From NCBI GenBank assembly GCA_963703955.1, contig CAVPGK010000013.1:32001-96000 (forward strand): a stretch of 64,000 nt of DNA, written 5' to 3'. Source of the DNA: Nitrospirota bacterium. GTDB lineage: Bacteria > Nitrospirota > Nitrospiria > Nitrospirales > Nitrospiraceae. Below the pieces are notes generated by a model, which was not told the DNA's origin, did not search any database, and saw only the letters and a program-made list of their open reading frames with translations. How positions within the stretch are numbered: the first letter of the stretch is position 1; every line of letters starts with the position of its first letter. Below are positions 1 through 10,560 of the stretch, one piece after another. The position numbers were made by a program, and so were the translations under genes.

Positions 1-31
1 CAACCGCGCAAATCGACAAGGAGGCCGAGCC

Positions 32-958
32 ATGCCGCTCAGGAGAATGGGCTTCGCACGGAAAGGACTGCTGACGCTTGTGCTTCTCTGTGCGGCGGCT
101 GTCGGTCTCTCGCCGTGTGGGACGTGGGCTCAGACGCAGAGTAATAATCAAATCGGCTTCATCATTGCCACAAAAGGGAACGTGTCCATTACGTCCAAGG
201 CGGCGCTGCCCCGGCCAGCCGCGCTCCGCCAGGATATCTACCCGGAAGACACGATCAAGACCGGGCTCAACGCCTCCACGAAGATCCTGTTTGACGATAG
301 CACTATGCTGAGCATCACCGAGAACACGGAGATCACGATTACCGAACACATCTATGATCCGAAGGTTTCCAAGTGGATCTCGATCTTGAGGATGGCGCGA
401 GGCCGAATCAAAGCGGTGGTTGCGGACATTTATGATGCCGGAGGCTCGCGCTTTGAGATACACACCCCAACAGCAATCGCCGCGGCGCGCGGAACGGAAT
501 ACGTGGTGTGGACCTTTTTGCAAAAGGGCCGACCGGCCACAGGCGTTGCGGTCAACGCGGGAACTGTAACGGTCACCAACCCAGCCGGCCAGAAAGTTAC
601 GGCGGCAGGCGGTTTCTACGTGCTGGCGCCAGCGGATATCCCCATCAGCACGCCGGCACCGGTTGTGCAGGACCCGCAGATTCAACAGTTGGTTCAGGAG
701 TCAGAGGTCAAGACGGACCCCAGCGTCCTGCCACAGGTCAAACTCGCGCAAGCTCAAGCTCCCTCGCCGTCGGTTGCCCCGATTGTGGAGGGTCCGGTTC
801 TAGAGAGAATTCCCGGCGGGCAGTGGGTCTATTACGGTGGTGGAGGAATCTCTGCCACTATGGGGAGCACCAATACGCCGTGTACGATAGTCAGTGGGAG
901 CGGCTTTCTACCGCTTGGCTGCACGCCCAGCATCAATCCGCCCCACGTCGTCCCATAG
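32..958 (+). CDS. FecR-domain periplasmic protein
   Basis: Signal peptide, 'DTIKTG...KILFDDSTMLSITENT', 'FEIHTPTAIAAARGTEY' FecR motifs; AGGAGG RBS at 20-25. Confidence 0.85.
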   Translation: MPLRRMGFARKGLLTLVLLCAAAVGLSPCGTWAQTQSNNQIGFIIATKGNVSITSKAALPRPAALRQDIYPEDTIKTGLNASTKILFDDSTMLSITENTEITITEHIYDPKVSKWISILRMARGRIKAVVADIYDAGGSRFEIHTPTAIAAARGTEYVVWTFLQKGRPATGVAVNAGTVTVTNPAGQKVTAAGGFYVLAPADIPISTPAPVVQDPQIQQLVQESEVKTDPSVLPQVKLAQAQAPSPSVAPIVEGPVLERIPGGQWVYYGGGGISATMGSTNTPCTIVSGSGFLPLGCTPSINPPHVVP

Positions 959-973
959 CACGTCGTCCCATAG
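944..973 (+). repeat. 15-bp tandem duplication CACGTCGTCCCATAG x2 spanning the FecR stop codon
   Basis: Exact copies at 944-958 and 959-973. Confidence 0.9.
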
Positions 974-1028
974 TTGGAAAGCCGAAATGGGCCGAGAGTG
1001 GGGCGCACGTTTCAAAACGATCTGATGA

Positions 1029-2243
1029 TCAGTCTTGATCCATCACAGACTGTAAGACCGTTTGGAATCGTTCGATCGCTCGTTGCTTGTCCAACACGGC
1101 TTCAAAGTACCGCCGGCCTGCAACCCCAAGACGCTCGCGTTGCTCTGGGTCGCGCGCAAGATCGCGAATCGCGGACGCAGCGGATTCACTCTCGTCAGGG
1201 GCGAGCACTAGACCGCAGCCGGCGTCTCGAACCACAGCACCCGCTTCGCTTCCCTCCGGTCCGATAAAGATCACGGGACGCCCCACGGCCATGATGCTGT
1301 ACACTTTACTTGGGACGCTCAGCCCTTCCATGTCGGTCCGGAGGCTCACCAGATGGATATCGCCGGCCGATAAGCTGAATCGCAAATGCTGTTGGGATTG
1401 ATAATCGATGAACCTCAGATTGGTGAGACCTTCCCGACGCCCGCACTCCTCTAAATGAACCTTCCCTTTTCCATATCCCATGAACACGAAACAGACCCCC
1501 GACATGCCATGCAGGGAGCGAATCACGCGCAGCAGCGAGTCGGCGTCATGGACGACACCCAGATTTCCCGAATACATGACGACCAGATGCTCATTCAGAT
1601 GGTGCTCTTTGCGGAACCAATTATCATGAGCAGGGACGGGCCCCAGAGACTCACCATCTGCCCAATTGGGAAGCCGGACGACCTGCTCTTGCGGGATGCC
1701 GGCGCGCTGAAGATGTTGTTCCATGCAGCGGCCCACGACAATGATACGGTGAGAAGCCTGAAGTGACCGATAGGCGATTCGAGTCAGCGTTCGCGCCAAC
1801 CATCCGTCTTTGAGAATCCGAGCCCGCACGGCATTCTCGGGAAACACGTCCTGCAACCAGCAGATCGTCTTCCATCCTTTCAGTGGCCGGAGGAACGCTG
1901 CTAAAAAGGACAGCAGGGGCGGATCCGACCACACGATCAGACAATCGATGTTCCGAGAGCGAGCCGTGGCCCACCCAGCGGAGATATAGAACGACACATA
2001 ATCCGCAAGCCGACCCAACGCGGCACGACGTCCAAATCGGGTAGACCAGACGCGCTCGACCGTCACGCCTTTGTAACAACCATGAGGGGGTCCGATCCGT
2101 TTGCCATCCAAGTAGCCCGCTCGCCCGGTCACGACCGTGACGCCAATTCCTTGCGACGCCAACTCTTCTGCAAGGTCGGTCAACAACCTCGCCGTCGCCG
2201 ACTGGTCGGGATAGAAAAACCGATTGATGAAGAGAAGACGCAT
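1029..2243 (-). CDS. Glycosyltransferase family 4 (WcaI-like)
   Basis: 'INRFFYPD', 'MYSGNLG', 'SVPSKVYSIMAVGRPV' GT-B motifs. Confidence 0.9.
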   Translation of the reverse strand: MRLLFINRFFYPDQSATARLLTDLAEELASQGIGVTVVTGRAGYLDGKRIGPPHGCYKGVTVERVWSTRFGRRAALGRLADYVSFYISAGWATARSRNIDCLIVWSDPPLLSFLAAFLRPLKGWKTICWLQDVFPENAVRARILKDGWLARTLTRIAYRSLQASHRIIVVGRCMEQHLQRAGIPQEQVVRLPNWADGESLGPVPAHDNWFRKEHHLNEHLVVMYSGNLGVVHDADSLLRVIRSLHGMSGVCFVFMGYGKGKVHLEECGRREGLTNLRFIDYQSQQHLRFSLSAGDIHLVSLRTDMEGLSVPSKVYSIMAVGRPVIFIGPEGSEAGAVVRDAGCGLVLAPDESESAASAIRDLARDPEQRERLGVAGRRYFEAVLDKQRAIERFQTVLQSVMDQD

Positions 2244-2348
2244 GCTTGGGCAACCTTCGATCGCTTAGGATGGCTCAACATTCAACGACTTTTTGCAGAA
2301 AAACTCAAGAAAGGAGGGGGAAGATATCAAGAGATGAATGGCTCTCAC

Positions 2349-3275
2349 TCATCCCCGCCTTTCGAAAGGGATCGGTCGGCTAGCTTTCATGTCGGTTGAT
2401 GTGTGCCCGATATTGTGCCGCTGTCTTTGTTGCAACTCATAATAACAAGCGTCCACGTAAAATCTAAACCAGAATCCGTGCAAAACGTGATAAATCAGGC
2501 CCGGCGTACCGTCAAGGAAGCCGCCTCGCACAACGTATCGCTCCAAAAAGTAGGCCAATGCCCGGAAAAAAAGAGGGGCCTTTTCGTATATGCGTGCTCG
2601 GAACCATCGACGACGCTCAATTGGTGATCCGGCAAATCTGGGCCTTAATAGCTCAACCTCTCCACCATCAATGCCTTTCAGCAGCCGACTCGCCTCCATC
2701 TGCGCCCAGCGATTATGCCGAGCAGTCCACGAATAGAGCGACAGCGCGGTGATTTCAACAAGGTCCGCCTCAAGTCGAAGAGTTGGACCGTCGACAATAA
2801 AGTGTTGATCGTATTCTCTATCCTCGCATCGGCCGCGGTCTTTTCGGAAAATTCGACAATGATAGGTCGGATAAATACCGCCATGCTTGATGTGTCTTCC
2901 TGAGAATTCAATCAGGCGTCGGACGAGCAGCCCATCTACCGGCTGGTCCGACGAAGTCTTGTTAAAAAACTCCCTCAGCTGAGCGTCCAGTTCGGCTGAT
3001 ACGCGCTCGTCGGCGTCGATATGAAATACCCAATCATGGGCCAGCGGTAGATTAGCCTGTGCCCAATTCCGCTGGCGAGCGTAATTGTCAAACGGGTGCT
3101 GCACAATCTTGTCGGTATAGTTGGCCGAGATTTTCAACGTACGATCGGTGCTACCGGAATCTACAACAAATACTTCGCTTGCCAAAGCGGTGACGCTTCG
3201 CAGGCAGGGTTCAATGTTTACTTCTTCATTGTAGGTTAGGACGATAACGGACACGGGGATTGTTTGCAAAGTCAT
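2349..3275 (-). CDS. Glycosyltransferase family 2
   Basis: 'SVIVLTYNEE', 'VVDSGSTDRT', 'QRNWA', 'IDADE' DxD motif. Confidence 0.92.
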   Translation of the reverse strand: MTLQTIPVSVIVLTYNEEVNIEPCLRSVTALASEVFVVDSGSTDRTLKISANYTDKIVQHPFDNYARQRNWAQANLPLAHDWVFHIDADERVSAELDAQLREFFNKTSSDQPVDGLLVRRLIEFSGRHIKHGGIYPTYHCRIFRKDRGRCEDREYDQHFIVDGPTLRLEADLVEITALSLYSWTARHNRWAQMEASRLLKGIDGGEVELLRPRFAGSPIERRRWFRARIYEKAPLFFRALAYFLERYVVRGGFLDGTPGLIYHVLHGFWFRFYVDACYYELQQRQRHNIGHTSTDMKASRPIPFERRG

Positions 3276-3284
3276 GCTGAGGTC

Positions 3285-3983
3285 TTACCCAATGATTTGT
3301 GGTGTATGCCCGGGCACCCCCGTCTTGCGTGCAATAACAAAATGGGACATCCAGAGAGGCCAACATCTGCCCACTCCTCCCCATGAGATCGCCGTAAATC
3401 CTGCACGCTCTAGGCAATCACAAAGTGATTTTCGGGTGTAAAAGCGTATGTGAGAAATATATGGGTTATAGTGTCTTTCGAAGGCGACTAAAGCAATCAG
3501 TAGATTTTTGGCCAGACCATGATAGGGCACGGTGAGCACAAGCAGTCCACCTTGAACCACAACGCGATTCAGTTCTGCCAATCCGGCATGCACGTCCAAA
3601 ACATGCTCCAAGACCTCGGTACACCACACAGCCGAAAAACCTCCTTCTTTAAAGGGAAGCCCTGCCTCTATCGACGCAACAACAAATCGGCCAGGGGGAA
3701 AGATGGTCTTGGCCTTGGCTGCAGCGATTGACGAGATATCTATGCCGATAACTTTGTATCCGACATTCGTAAGGAAATGGCTAAACTCACCATTGCCGCA
3801 GCCTGCATCCAATACAGGAGCGCCTTCTGCTAATTCAGCGAGTGCCTTCTTGAGTTTGGCTTTGCGCTGACCAATAGCAAATCCGTGACCTACCGGAAAA
3901 CCTGCTTGTTCCCAGTAACGATCATAGAACCCACCGACCCTCATGAAAGGCAAATCATCGCTCGTTATCAAGACTTTGAGCAA
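3285..3983 (-). CDS. Class I SAM-dependent methyltransferase
   Basis: 'VLDAGCGNG' motif I, 'EVLEHV', 'HIRFYT'; start uncertain. Confidence 0.88.
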   Translation of the reverse strand: MLKVLITSDDLPFMRVGGFYDRYWEQAGFPVGHGFAIGQRKAKLKKALAELAEGAPVLDAGCGNGEFSHFLTNVGYKVIGIDISSIAAAKAKTIFPPGRFVVASIEAGLPFKEGGFSAVWCTEVLEHVLDVHAGLAELNRVVVQGGLLVLTVPYHGLAKNLLIALVAFERHYNPYISHIRFYTRKSLCDCLERAGFTAISWGGVGRCWPLWMSHFVIARKTGVPGHTPQIIG

Positions 3984-5147
3984 TTAGGAAATGGTTGATT
4001 CGGAGCGAATGGCTGCTTCTTGATATGCTCCTAGTGTCAACCTTGCAGTCTGTTCCCAGGAAAAATCTTTCACGCGAATAGACCCGCGCTCAATCATTTT
4101 GCTTCTATATTCCGAATCAGATGCAAGGAGGTAAATTGCATCGGCAAACTGGTTAGCATTATCAGGGTCGACGAATATGGCCGCATCACCCGCCACCTCT
4201 GGCAATGAGGCTCGGTCAGAGGCGACCACAGGAGTCATGTACGACATGGCTTCCAGCAGGGTTAGCCCGAATCCTTCAAAGTTGGACGGTGATGCATAAG
4301 CAAGTGCACCTGCGTAAAGAGCCGGCAAGTCTTCGCGAGCCACGTAGCCAGGGAGGCACACGAATTCGGTAAGCCGCAAAGACGCTGCTATCGATTCAAT
4401 TTCTTTTTTGGCTCCATAGTCACTCCCGGTAAGCGCAAGGGTTAGACCTCTTGTGAGGGGGCGTCTGTGTAATACCTCCAGTCCCCTGACCAATGAAACG
4501 GCGTTCTTGTGTCTCCCCATACTGCCTACGCTGAGGAAGTAGGGCCGTCGAATCCGATGTTTCGCACACACTCTTGCAATCTGTTGTTCTGTCAGCTGCC
4601 TGGAAGTCTCCGATAATTGTCTGTCTAAAGCGAGCGGAGTGACTGTTACTTTGTGGGGCGGAATGCGGAGGTACTTAACAATATCGCCCTTTGAGTATTC
4701 AGATATAGTAAGCACCTTTTTGCAACGGTGAGCGGACCACGGCACTAATAGCCGCCAGAACGTCAGCTTGGGCTCGCCAATGGATTCCGGAAAGACCTTG
4801 TAAAGCATATCGCAGATAGTGACAACCCCTGGTACACCGGACAATATGGGCCAGGTGTACGAGGGCGAATGCATGACGTCAAGAGATAGCCTGTTGGCAA
4901 CAATGGGTAAGTAGATCTGCTCCCATGCTATTCTCCTTATTTGCGGACGAGCGCGAATATCCACCCTGACTCGTTGAAAGTTCGCTTGATCGATTTCAAA
5001 CGTTCGGTCATTGTCGGAGTTGGTGAACAGATAGTAATGATTTTCGCTGTCTAGCTTGGACAGAGAGGCGAACAAATTCCGGACATAGAATTCAATGCCG
5101 CCGGACATATTAGGTAGCAATGCAAGCAGATTGATACCGATCTTCAT
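3984..5147 (-). CDS. Glycosyltransferase family 4 (mannosyltransferase-like)
   Basis: 'GGIEFY', 'PSNFEGFGLTLLEAM', 'SLPEVAGDAA'. Confidence 0.92.
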   Translation of the reverse strand: MKIGINLLALLPNMSGGIEFYVRNLFASLSKLDSENHYYLFTNSDNDRTFEIDQANFQRVRVDIRARPQIRRIAWEQIYLPIVANRLSLDVMHSPSYTWPILSGVPGVVTICDMLYKVFPESIGEPKLTFWRLLVPWSAHRCKKVLTISEYSKGDIVKYLRIPPHKVTVTPLALDRQLSETSRQLTEQQIARVCAKHRIRRPYFLSVGSMGRHKNAVSLVRGLEVLHRRPLTRGLTLALTGSDYGAKKEIESIAASLRLTEFVCLPGYVAREDLPALYAGALAYASPSNFEGFGLTLLEAMSYMTPVVASDRASLPEVAGDAAIFVDPDNANQFADAIYLLASDSEYRSKMIERGSIRVKDFSWEQTARLTLGAYQEAAIRSESTIS

Positions 5148-6745
5148 GCTGACCTACCCTGTGGCCGACCGGCAATCGACTCGTAGGCACTCGGCTTCCC
5201 TATCACATCTCGTGTCTCTCGACGACCTCCAATTTCTCGACTCAACAAGACGATCAATGCACTAGCCATGACAGGATAAAAAAATCCGGGGCTCAAAAGT
5301 CGGTAAGAAATAAATATCCAGACAACTAACATGATTCCAAGTGCGCTGGTATAGGGGTCACTGTTGGCCTCGACCTTCGACAGGAAACTGTCGAGGCGGG
5401 CTGTCAGCCATCCTAAAAGTCCTCCGATCATCATAGGGCCAATCCATCCCCAGCTCATGTAGTATTGACCTACAATGCCTGGAAGCGCTGTTCCGCCTTG
5501 CATGTAAATGTCCACATTCCAGCGAGACATGGTGTAAAACCAGACCAATTCCGTTGCCGGTTTCTCCGGCCAAATGAACCTGGGAATCGGAGATACAAGG
5601 AACTGTACGAAGACGCTCTCTTTGAAAAAGTCATGATCTTCCGGAACGAGTCTCACTGCGAAGAGTGTTTCCTTGAAGTAGTCAATGGTTCCCCCCAGGG
5701 TGAACCATTCTTGGAACAGAAGGCTGTAAATCTCTGAGCGTGTATAATCTGCGCGATAGAGCATCTGGAATTGAAGGGCAACGATGACGACAGTCAATAC
5801 AATGAGACATACAACAACGGAACACAATCTTGAGCGTTGCCACAAGACCGAAATCAACATGATCAAATAAGGAAGAAGCACCAGTGCAAAGATCGATCGC
5901 GTTCCGTGATCAAAATAGATTGTGATGGTAATGACGAAAGCGACCACCCAAACAACTAGTCTGGCTAATTTAGAGACGCCTTTATCGAGAGTTGCAGCCC
6001 ATAGGAGACACGCTCCGCTCACCATCGCGCTGGATGTCACATAGGTAAAAGCACTAATCGCATTGCCGAGGTTCTCTGCCTGTAGCCATGGCTTTTCAAT
6101 AGCGCGACTCTCGATAATCCCCGATATGATCGTGGAGATACTGCCGCCGAGCGCAAGGTAGCTTGATATTCCCAAGAAACACCCGACCAACGATAGACCA
6201 ATGATACGGCTCCCGTTCGCCCTCGGATATGTAGTCCCATTAGGAATGGGAGACGCGTGAGACGATGAGAAGAATAACGATGAAATAAGCCCGCACAATA
6301 GGAAGAGCGAAAGATAGGCTACAGACCATATTGTGGTTTCCGGATCAATAAACACATATATGTTCTGGTCTAATGCATAGTCGGGAAGAAAATGACTGAT
6401 GAAGGCAGGATAGGAGTACCAGAAAACAAATCCCGCAATAAAAGTAAGGCTCGCCAACTTGCCGAGCGTAATCCCCCTTCTCATGCGGGTAATGAGTGCG
6501 CTGATTGAAGAAAAGAACAGAAGAAAGACGAGCGCGGGCACAGCTTCGGCGTTAAATGACTCCAGTGCAATCATCGCCAACGATGTGGCGAGGGGGATAC
6601 CTGCCAACCCTCCTTCGACAAGTATCGGGGGCAATCTGCGATGAGTGGCTTTAAGTGGGGCAGCAGCCTGTCCACGAAAGTCTGTATTCATCTGCTCGGG
6701 AGAAAGCATTCTCACGACGACACCTTGAAGATGTGAAATCTCCAC
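5144..6745 (-). CDS. wzy: Putative polysaccharide polymerase Wzy
   Basis: About 10-12 hydrophobic segments, 'GTRS', 'PIPRFIWPEKP' loop typical of Wzy-like proteins; lies within EPS locus. Confidence 0.7.
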   Translation of the reverse strand: MEISHLQGVVVRMLSPEQMNTDFRGQAAAPLKATHRRLPPILVEGGLAGIPLATSLAMIALESFNAEAVPALVFLLFFSSISALITRMRRGITLGKLASLTFIAGFVFWYSYPAFISHFLPDYALDQNIYVFIDPETTIWSVAYLSLFLLCGLISSLFFSSSHASPIPNGTTYPRANGSRIIGLSLVGCFLGISSYLALGGSISTIISGIIESRAIEKPWLQAENLGNAISAFTYVTSSAMVSGACLLWAATLDKGVSKLARLVVWVVAFVITITIYFDHGTRSIFALVLLPYLIMLISVLWQRSRLCSVVVCLIVLTVVIVALQFQMLYRADYTRSEIYSLLFQEWFTLGGTIDYFKETLFAVRLVPEDHDFFKESVFVQFLVSPIPRFIWPEKPATELVWFYTMSRWNVDIYMQGGTALPGIVGQYYMSWGWIGPMMIGGLLGWLTARLDSFLSKVEANSDPYTSALGIMLVVWIFISYRLLSPGFFYPVMASALIVLLSREIGGRRETRDVIGKPSAYESIAGRPQGRSA

Positions 6746-6756
6746 GTATTCAGTTG

Positions 6757-8013
6757 CTAACTCGTCACACGTACACTTCCATGATCATGATGGCCTTTCA
6801 CATCGTTCATAGTGAGAATGTCAATGACGGCCTTTTTGAAATTGTCACGGAAATTGTCCACCGAATATGTACGGCGAGTGGATTCCTGAACACGCGCTGA
6901 TCTCTGCCGGCACTCGTCGACCTGCATCGTGCTTGCCTTAAGAACAGTTGAGCGAATAGTTTCAACCTCGCAATCTGGGAATACAATTCCCCAGTCTTCC
7001 ATGTTGATATTGGCAGTGTTTGGCAGAATCGGTATGAGACCATGTCCCATGCATTCTAGGACAGCTCCTGGTTGGCCTTCAGTGCATGTCGTCGAAATGA
7101 CCCAATTGCAGCGGGCCGCCACAGCACTAAATCGTCGAGAGCGCATCTTGAGAAAACCGTGAACATGAATATTGGGGCATCCAGTTAATTCATGACGATA
7201 GACTTCCGCAAAATCCGACTCCAAATGCTGGCAAATATGCAAGTGCAGTCGGGTTCTTGCAAAAGCCTCCAACAGCAAATCAAGCCCTTTGAGGACACTG
7301 CCGCGACCACTGAAAAATAGAAAATGCCTCAGGCCCTCCCCGTAGTCCTTGTTCCGCCAAGCGTCCCGTTTAATGGGGAAGATCGCATTGTTCATTCCTA
7401 TGACGTGTCGGAATCTCGAATACGTTTCGACCGCGAACTCATTTCCCAAGCAGATAATTCCATCTGCAATCTGGTTCGCGTACTCTTCATCGAACAACAC
7501 AGAACGGTGGAGCGGAAGCAGGAACCCTCTTCGTAATGCAAGTTCATGAATCCTTCTGGCCAATCGGGCATTGCCCTCACGCCAGTAGATGCCTGTGGAA
7601 AAGTAGATTCGAGGCGTACTGTCTGGCAAACACCGAGAAAGCCGTTCAAAATTTATTCCGCCATGTCCGATGAACAAATCATATGGTTGTGAGGGAACCC
7701 ATGATCGATTATCGAAGTTAGCAATGTCTACGACGTAGCCTAACTCATTCAAAGCCCGTGGAATCTGTTCAGCAATCCCGCGATTGCTGAACTTGGTTCG
7801 ATCTCTGAGGATCGGTGGCAAGAGGAGAGGAAGAACGAGATATGATAAGAGAGCTCTACGAGCGGGATTCCCTGACACAAATTCATCGAATCCAGGGATA
7901 ACGCGATCCGAGGCTAGCTTGGAAACCCGCAGACGAATGCCATCTATGAGTTTCTCTATCACGTTTATTGTAGGACCTTTCAGAGGGTTCCCTTCTCTCC
8001 TTGTGGATTGCAC
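6757..8013 (-). CDS. Glycosyltransferase (GT-B, family 4-like)
   Basis: 'KGLDLLLEAF', 'EGQPGAVLECMGHGLIPI'. Confidence 0.8.
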   Translation of the reverse strand: MQSTRREGNPLKGPTINVIEKLIDGIRLRVSKLASDRVIPGFDEFVSGNPARRALLSYLVLPLLLPPILRDRTKFSNRGIAEQIPRALNELGYVVDIANFDNRSWVPSQPYDLFIGHGGINFERLSRCLPDSTPRIYFSTGIYWREGNARLARRIHELALRRGFLLPLHRSVLFDEEYANQIADGIICLGNEFAVETYSRFRHVIGMNNAIFPIKRDAWRNKDYGEGLRHFLFFSGRGSVLKGLDLLLEAFARTRLHLHICQHLESDFAEVYRHELTGCPNIHVHGFLKMRSRRFSAVAARCNWVISTTCTEGQPGAVLECMGHGLIPILPNTANINMEDWGIVFPDCEVETIRSTVLKASTMQVDECRQRSARVQESTRRTYSVDNFRDNFKKAVIDILTMNDVKGHHDHGSVRVTS

Positions 8014-8054
8014 TTGAATTCAACGGACGCAAAAATATTCTTGGCGCATATCAA

Positions 8055-9566
8055 TCATGATCGTATCATTGGCTCTTTGCGCCACTCGGCGCGGCAACGC
8101 CAGAAGATGTGCAGTGAAAACGGAAACTGAACTGATACGACGACCGCCAGATAGGCGGCTGTAATTCCGACCGCTCCAAAGTGGGTTCCGAGAAGGACAG
8201 CGAGCAGCAGTGTGAAGATAGCAGTGCAAAGAAAGATAGTCGCCAATGTTTCTCGTTTGTGTGCTCTCAGATAAGTCCACAGACAAGTCGTAGCCGAAGT
8301 CATCACGGTTGCCAGAAGAAACAACCCAGCGGGTAGTGGTTGAAGAATGCGGGACGCCAGCGGGTGGCGAAAAGCGTGCAGTTCGTAAATCAACCCAAAG
8401 ATTGCGGCGGCCCCACAACAAACCACGACGAGAGATACAATAAATGACCTTAAGAAAAGCTGGTCCAGTTCTCTATATTTTTGCTGGGCAACCAGCATAC
8501 CGAACCGCGGGGCTTTTGTCACAACCCAATTGGATGACATTGCAAGAAGAACGCTGCACAATGTTGCCGTCAATCCCATCTGTCCAGCGGCAACCGGTCC
8601 AGAGAGCTGAAACAGAATGGGCGCAAAAAGGGATATGGTGAAGTATCCGCTGAGCCAACTGACCGCGATTCTCCACTGCACCGGCCACACGTCCCGAAGC
8701 CAACTCAGGCGAGAGCCGAGAGGAGTGGCAAGAAGTAAGGAAAGAAACGCAGAAGACTGGGTCCGCAGAAATATTATGCTCCAAATGAGACCGATGGCCA
8801 CGGCTATGGGGAGCGTCCACAATTTAGCCCCAAGCAGAATAGCAGCCCACAGCGACAAACCGTTTAGTATCTGGTGGACAAACCGATAGAACCAGAATTG
8901 TGAGGCCTGATCACACCCTTGAAATACGTAAAATGTTGAACCCAAGAGAACATTCAGGCCAATGCCCAGGCATAGGGCAAACCAAGGCCACGTCCAGTCA
9001 ATGCCCTGCATCGGTGACTGTGAAAAGAAATAGTAACCGGTAGGTCCAAGAACAAGAAGAACGAGGATGGCTGAAAGCCCGTACCACGTAAATGACAGCC
9101 TGCTCAGACTGACTAATCTTGAGAGTGAGTCGGGGTCTCCGGTGATACGGCCGTTGCCGTCGATCCTAAGGTTTGCCCATTCGTGACTGGCGAACTGAAT
9201 AATGGCCTGCCCAAGGCCGAGTTCTATCAGGAACTGAAGAGCTGTTAAGCTTCCAAAAGTGTAATAGAACCCCTGGAGCTCAGGTGCAAAATGCGTTGCA
9301 ACTAACAGAGCGGTCACTGGTCCAAGGACCAGTGATGCCGTATTTGTGAGAACCGCAAAGACAGCAGCCCGATCAATTACCGTCACGCATTGAACATTCG
9401 CATGTCCATCACCGCCGTCAGCGCTTCTTGTTGATTGCAACGACAGTTCAGGCTGTTTCACAGGTATTACAGAAATTTGAGTCTCCATTGTTTCCGGTAG
9501 AACCCCGAGCTTCATCTTCAGGGGTAGCCGCCCACGTTGATTTTCCGTCTCGTGCGGGAGTTGCAC
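8055..9566 (-). CDS. wzx: Polysaccharide flippase Wzx
   Basis: Multi-TM MOP-family pattern 'QGFYYTFGSL..LQ..IELGL', 'QWRIAVSWLSGYF'; true start may be downstream. Confidence 0.8.
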   Translation of the reverse strand: MQLPHETENQRGRLPLKMKLGVLPETMETQISVIPVKQPELSLQSTRSADGGDGHANVQCVTVIDRAAVFAVLTNTASLVLGPVTALLVATHFAPELQGFYYTFGSLTALQFLIELGLGQAIIQFASHEWANLRIDGNGRITGDPDSLSRLVSLSRLSFTWYGLSAILVLLVLGPTGYYFFSQSPMQGIDWTWPWFALCLGIGLNVLLGSTFYVFQGCDQASQFWFYRFVHQILNGLSLWAAILLGAKLWTLPIAVAIGLIWSIIFLRTQSSAFLSLLLATPLGSRLSWLRDVWPVQWRIAVSWLSGYFTISLFAPILFQLSGPVAAGQMGLTATLCSVLLAMSSNWVVTKAPRFGMLVAQQKYRELDQLFLRSFIVSLVVVCCGAAAIFGLIYELHAFRHPLASRILQPLPAGLFLLATVMTSATTCLWTYLRAHKRETLATIFLCTAIFTLLLAVLLGTHFGAVGITAAYLAVVVSVQFPFSLHIFWRCRAEWRKEPMIRS

Positions 9567-9637
9567 TTTTCCGCTCTTATCACCCCGTGGTGATTATGAT
9601 TGTCACCAGAGCATCCAGGGTTCTGGGCTGCTCCACT

Positions 9638-10516
9638 TTAAGGATTGGACACGCTTCTGGAAAACACATAGATCTGCGGGGCAACTTGCGGCATAGCATT
9701 CGTAATCCAAAAACCAACTCTTCGAATAATCTCAAAGAGCGATAGAGGTCTTGGATACAGCGCAACGGCCCCAATTTTGAGTACCCGTAGATTGCATTTT
9801 TCACAGACTAACCGAAGTGTCAAAGGAGAATAATATGCCACATGCTCGTGTGGGCTCCAGGAGAACCTCGATTTGGGCCAACCGAAGGATAATAATCGGT
9901 TCTTGATGACCATAGGTCGTTCCGCCGGAACCGCCGCAAACAAAAGACCTGCTGGTGACAAACCATTGGCAAGTTCGCTCAGGAATTCCACAGGGTCTCT
10001 GATATGCTCGAGTACATCCCAGAGGGTAATCAAATCAAAACCCGGCAAATCGCCATTGAAGTTCGCACGATACTCGCGCAAGCTTGTTGCGCAGAGGACG
10101 TTGGGAAATCGTTGGCTGGCGTAGCTGCTCTGAGCAAGAGAAGCGTCAAAGCCATAACACTCGTATTCTTTCTTGGCAAAATCAAGCCATCCACCAACTC
10201 CACAGCCCACATCCAACAAGGTACGCCGAGATCGACTTTGATGATGAGGGGCATGGAAGGCTCGAGCCTTGTTCAAGCATTGCCAGAAGGCCAGTTCTTT
10301 ATGCTTGGTCTGACGCCATATGTGTTCAGTGTTGAGGTCTTGGTCTTCCATTCTGACGTACCTTGGTGACACTTGAGCGTACTTCTCTCGAACGTAGACG
10401 AGTGAACAGTCAACACATCGGACAATGGTGAACGGCATTCCATGCTGAGCTTCTTTGCCGAGTATCACGTAGCGACCACTATGACAAAGCCGGCAAGCGT
10501 TTGCTGTCTCTGACAT
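9638..10516 (-). CDS. Class I SAM-dependent methyltransferase with N-terminal Cys (Zn) motif
   Basis: 'CRLC...RCVDCSLVY', 'LLDVGCGVG', 'WDVLEHI', 'PHEHVAYYS'. Confidence 0.88.
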   Translation of the reverse strand: MSETANACRLCHSGRYVILGKEAQHGMPFTIVRCVDCSLVYVREKYAQVSPRYVRMEDQDLNTEHIWRQTKHKELAFWQCLNKARAFHAPHHQSRSRRTLLDVGCGVGGWLDFAKKEYECYGFDASLAQSSYASQRFPNVLCATSLREYRANFNGDLPGFDLITLWDVLEHIRDPVEFLSELANGLSPAGLLFAAVPAERPMVIKNRLLSFGWPKSRFSWSPHEHVAYYSPLTLRLVCEKCNLRVLKIGAVALYPRPLSLFEIIRRVGFWITNAMPQVAPQIYVFSRSVSNP

Positions 10517-10560
10517 CTATGTGTTTCTCCGGCTTCGACAAGATCGGATATTTCCAGGCC

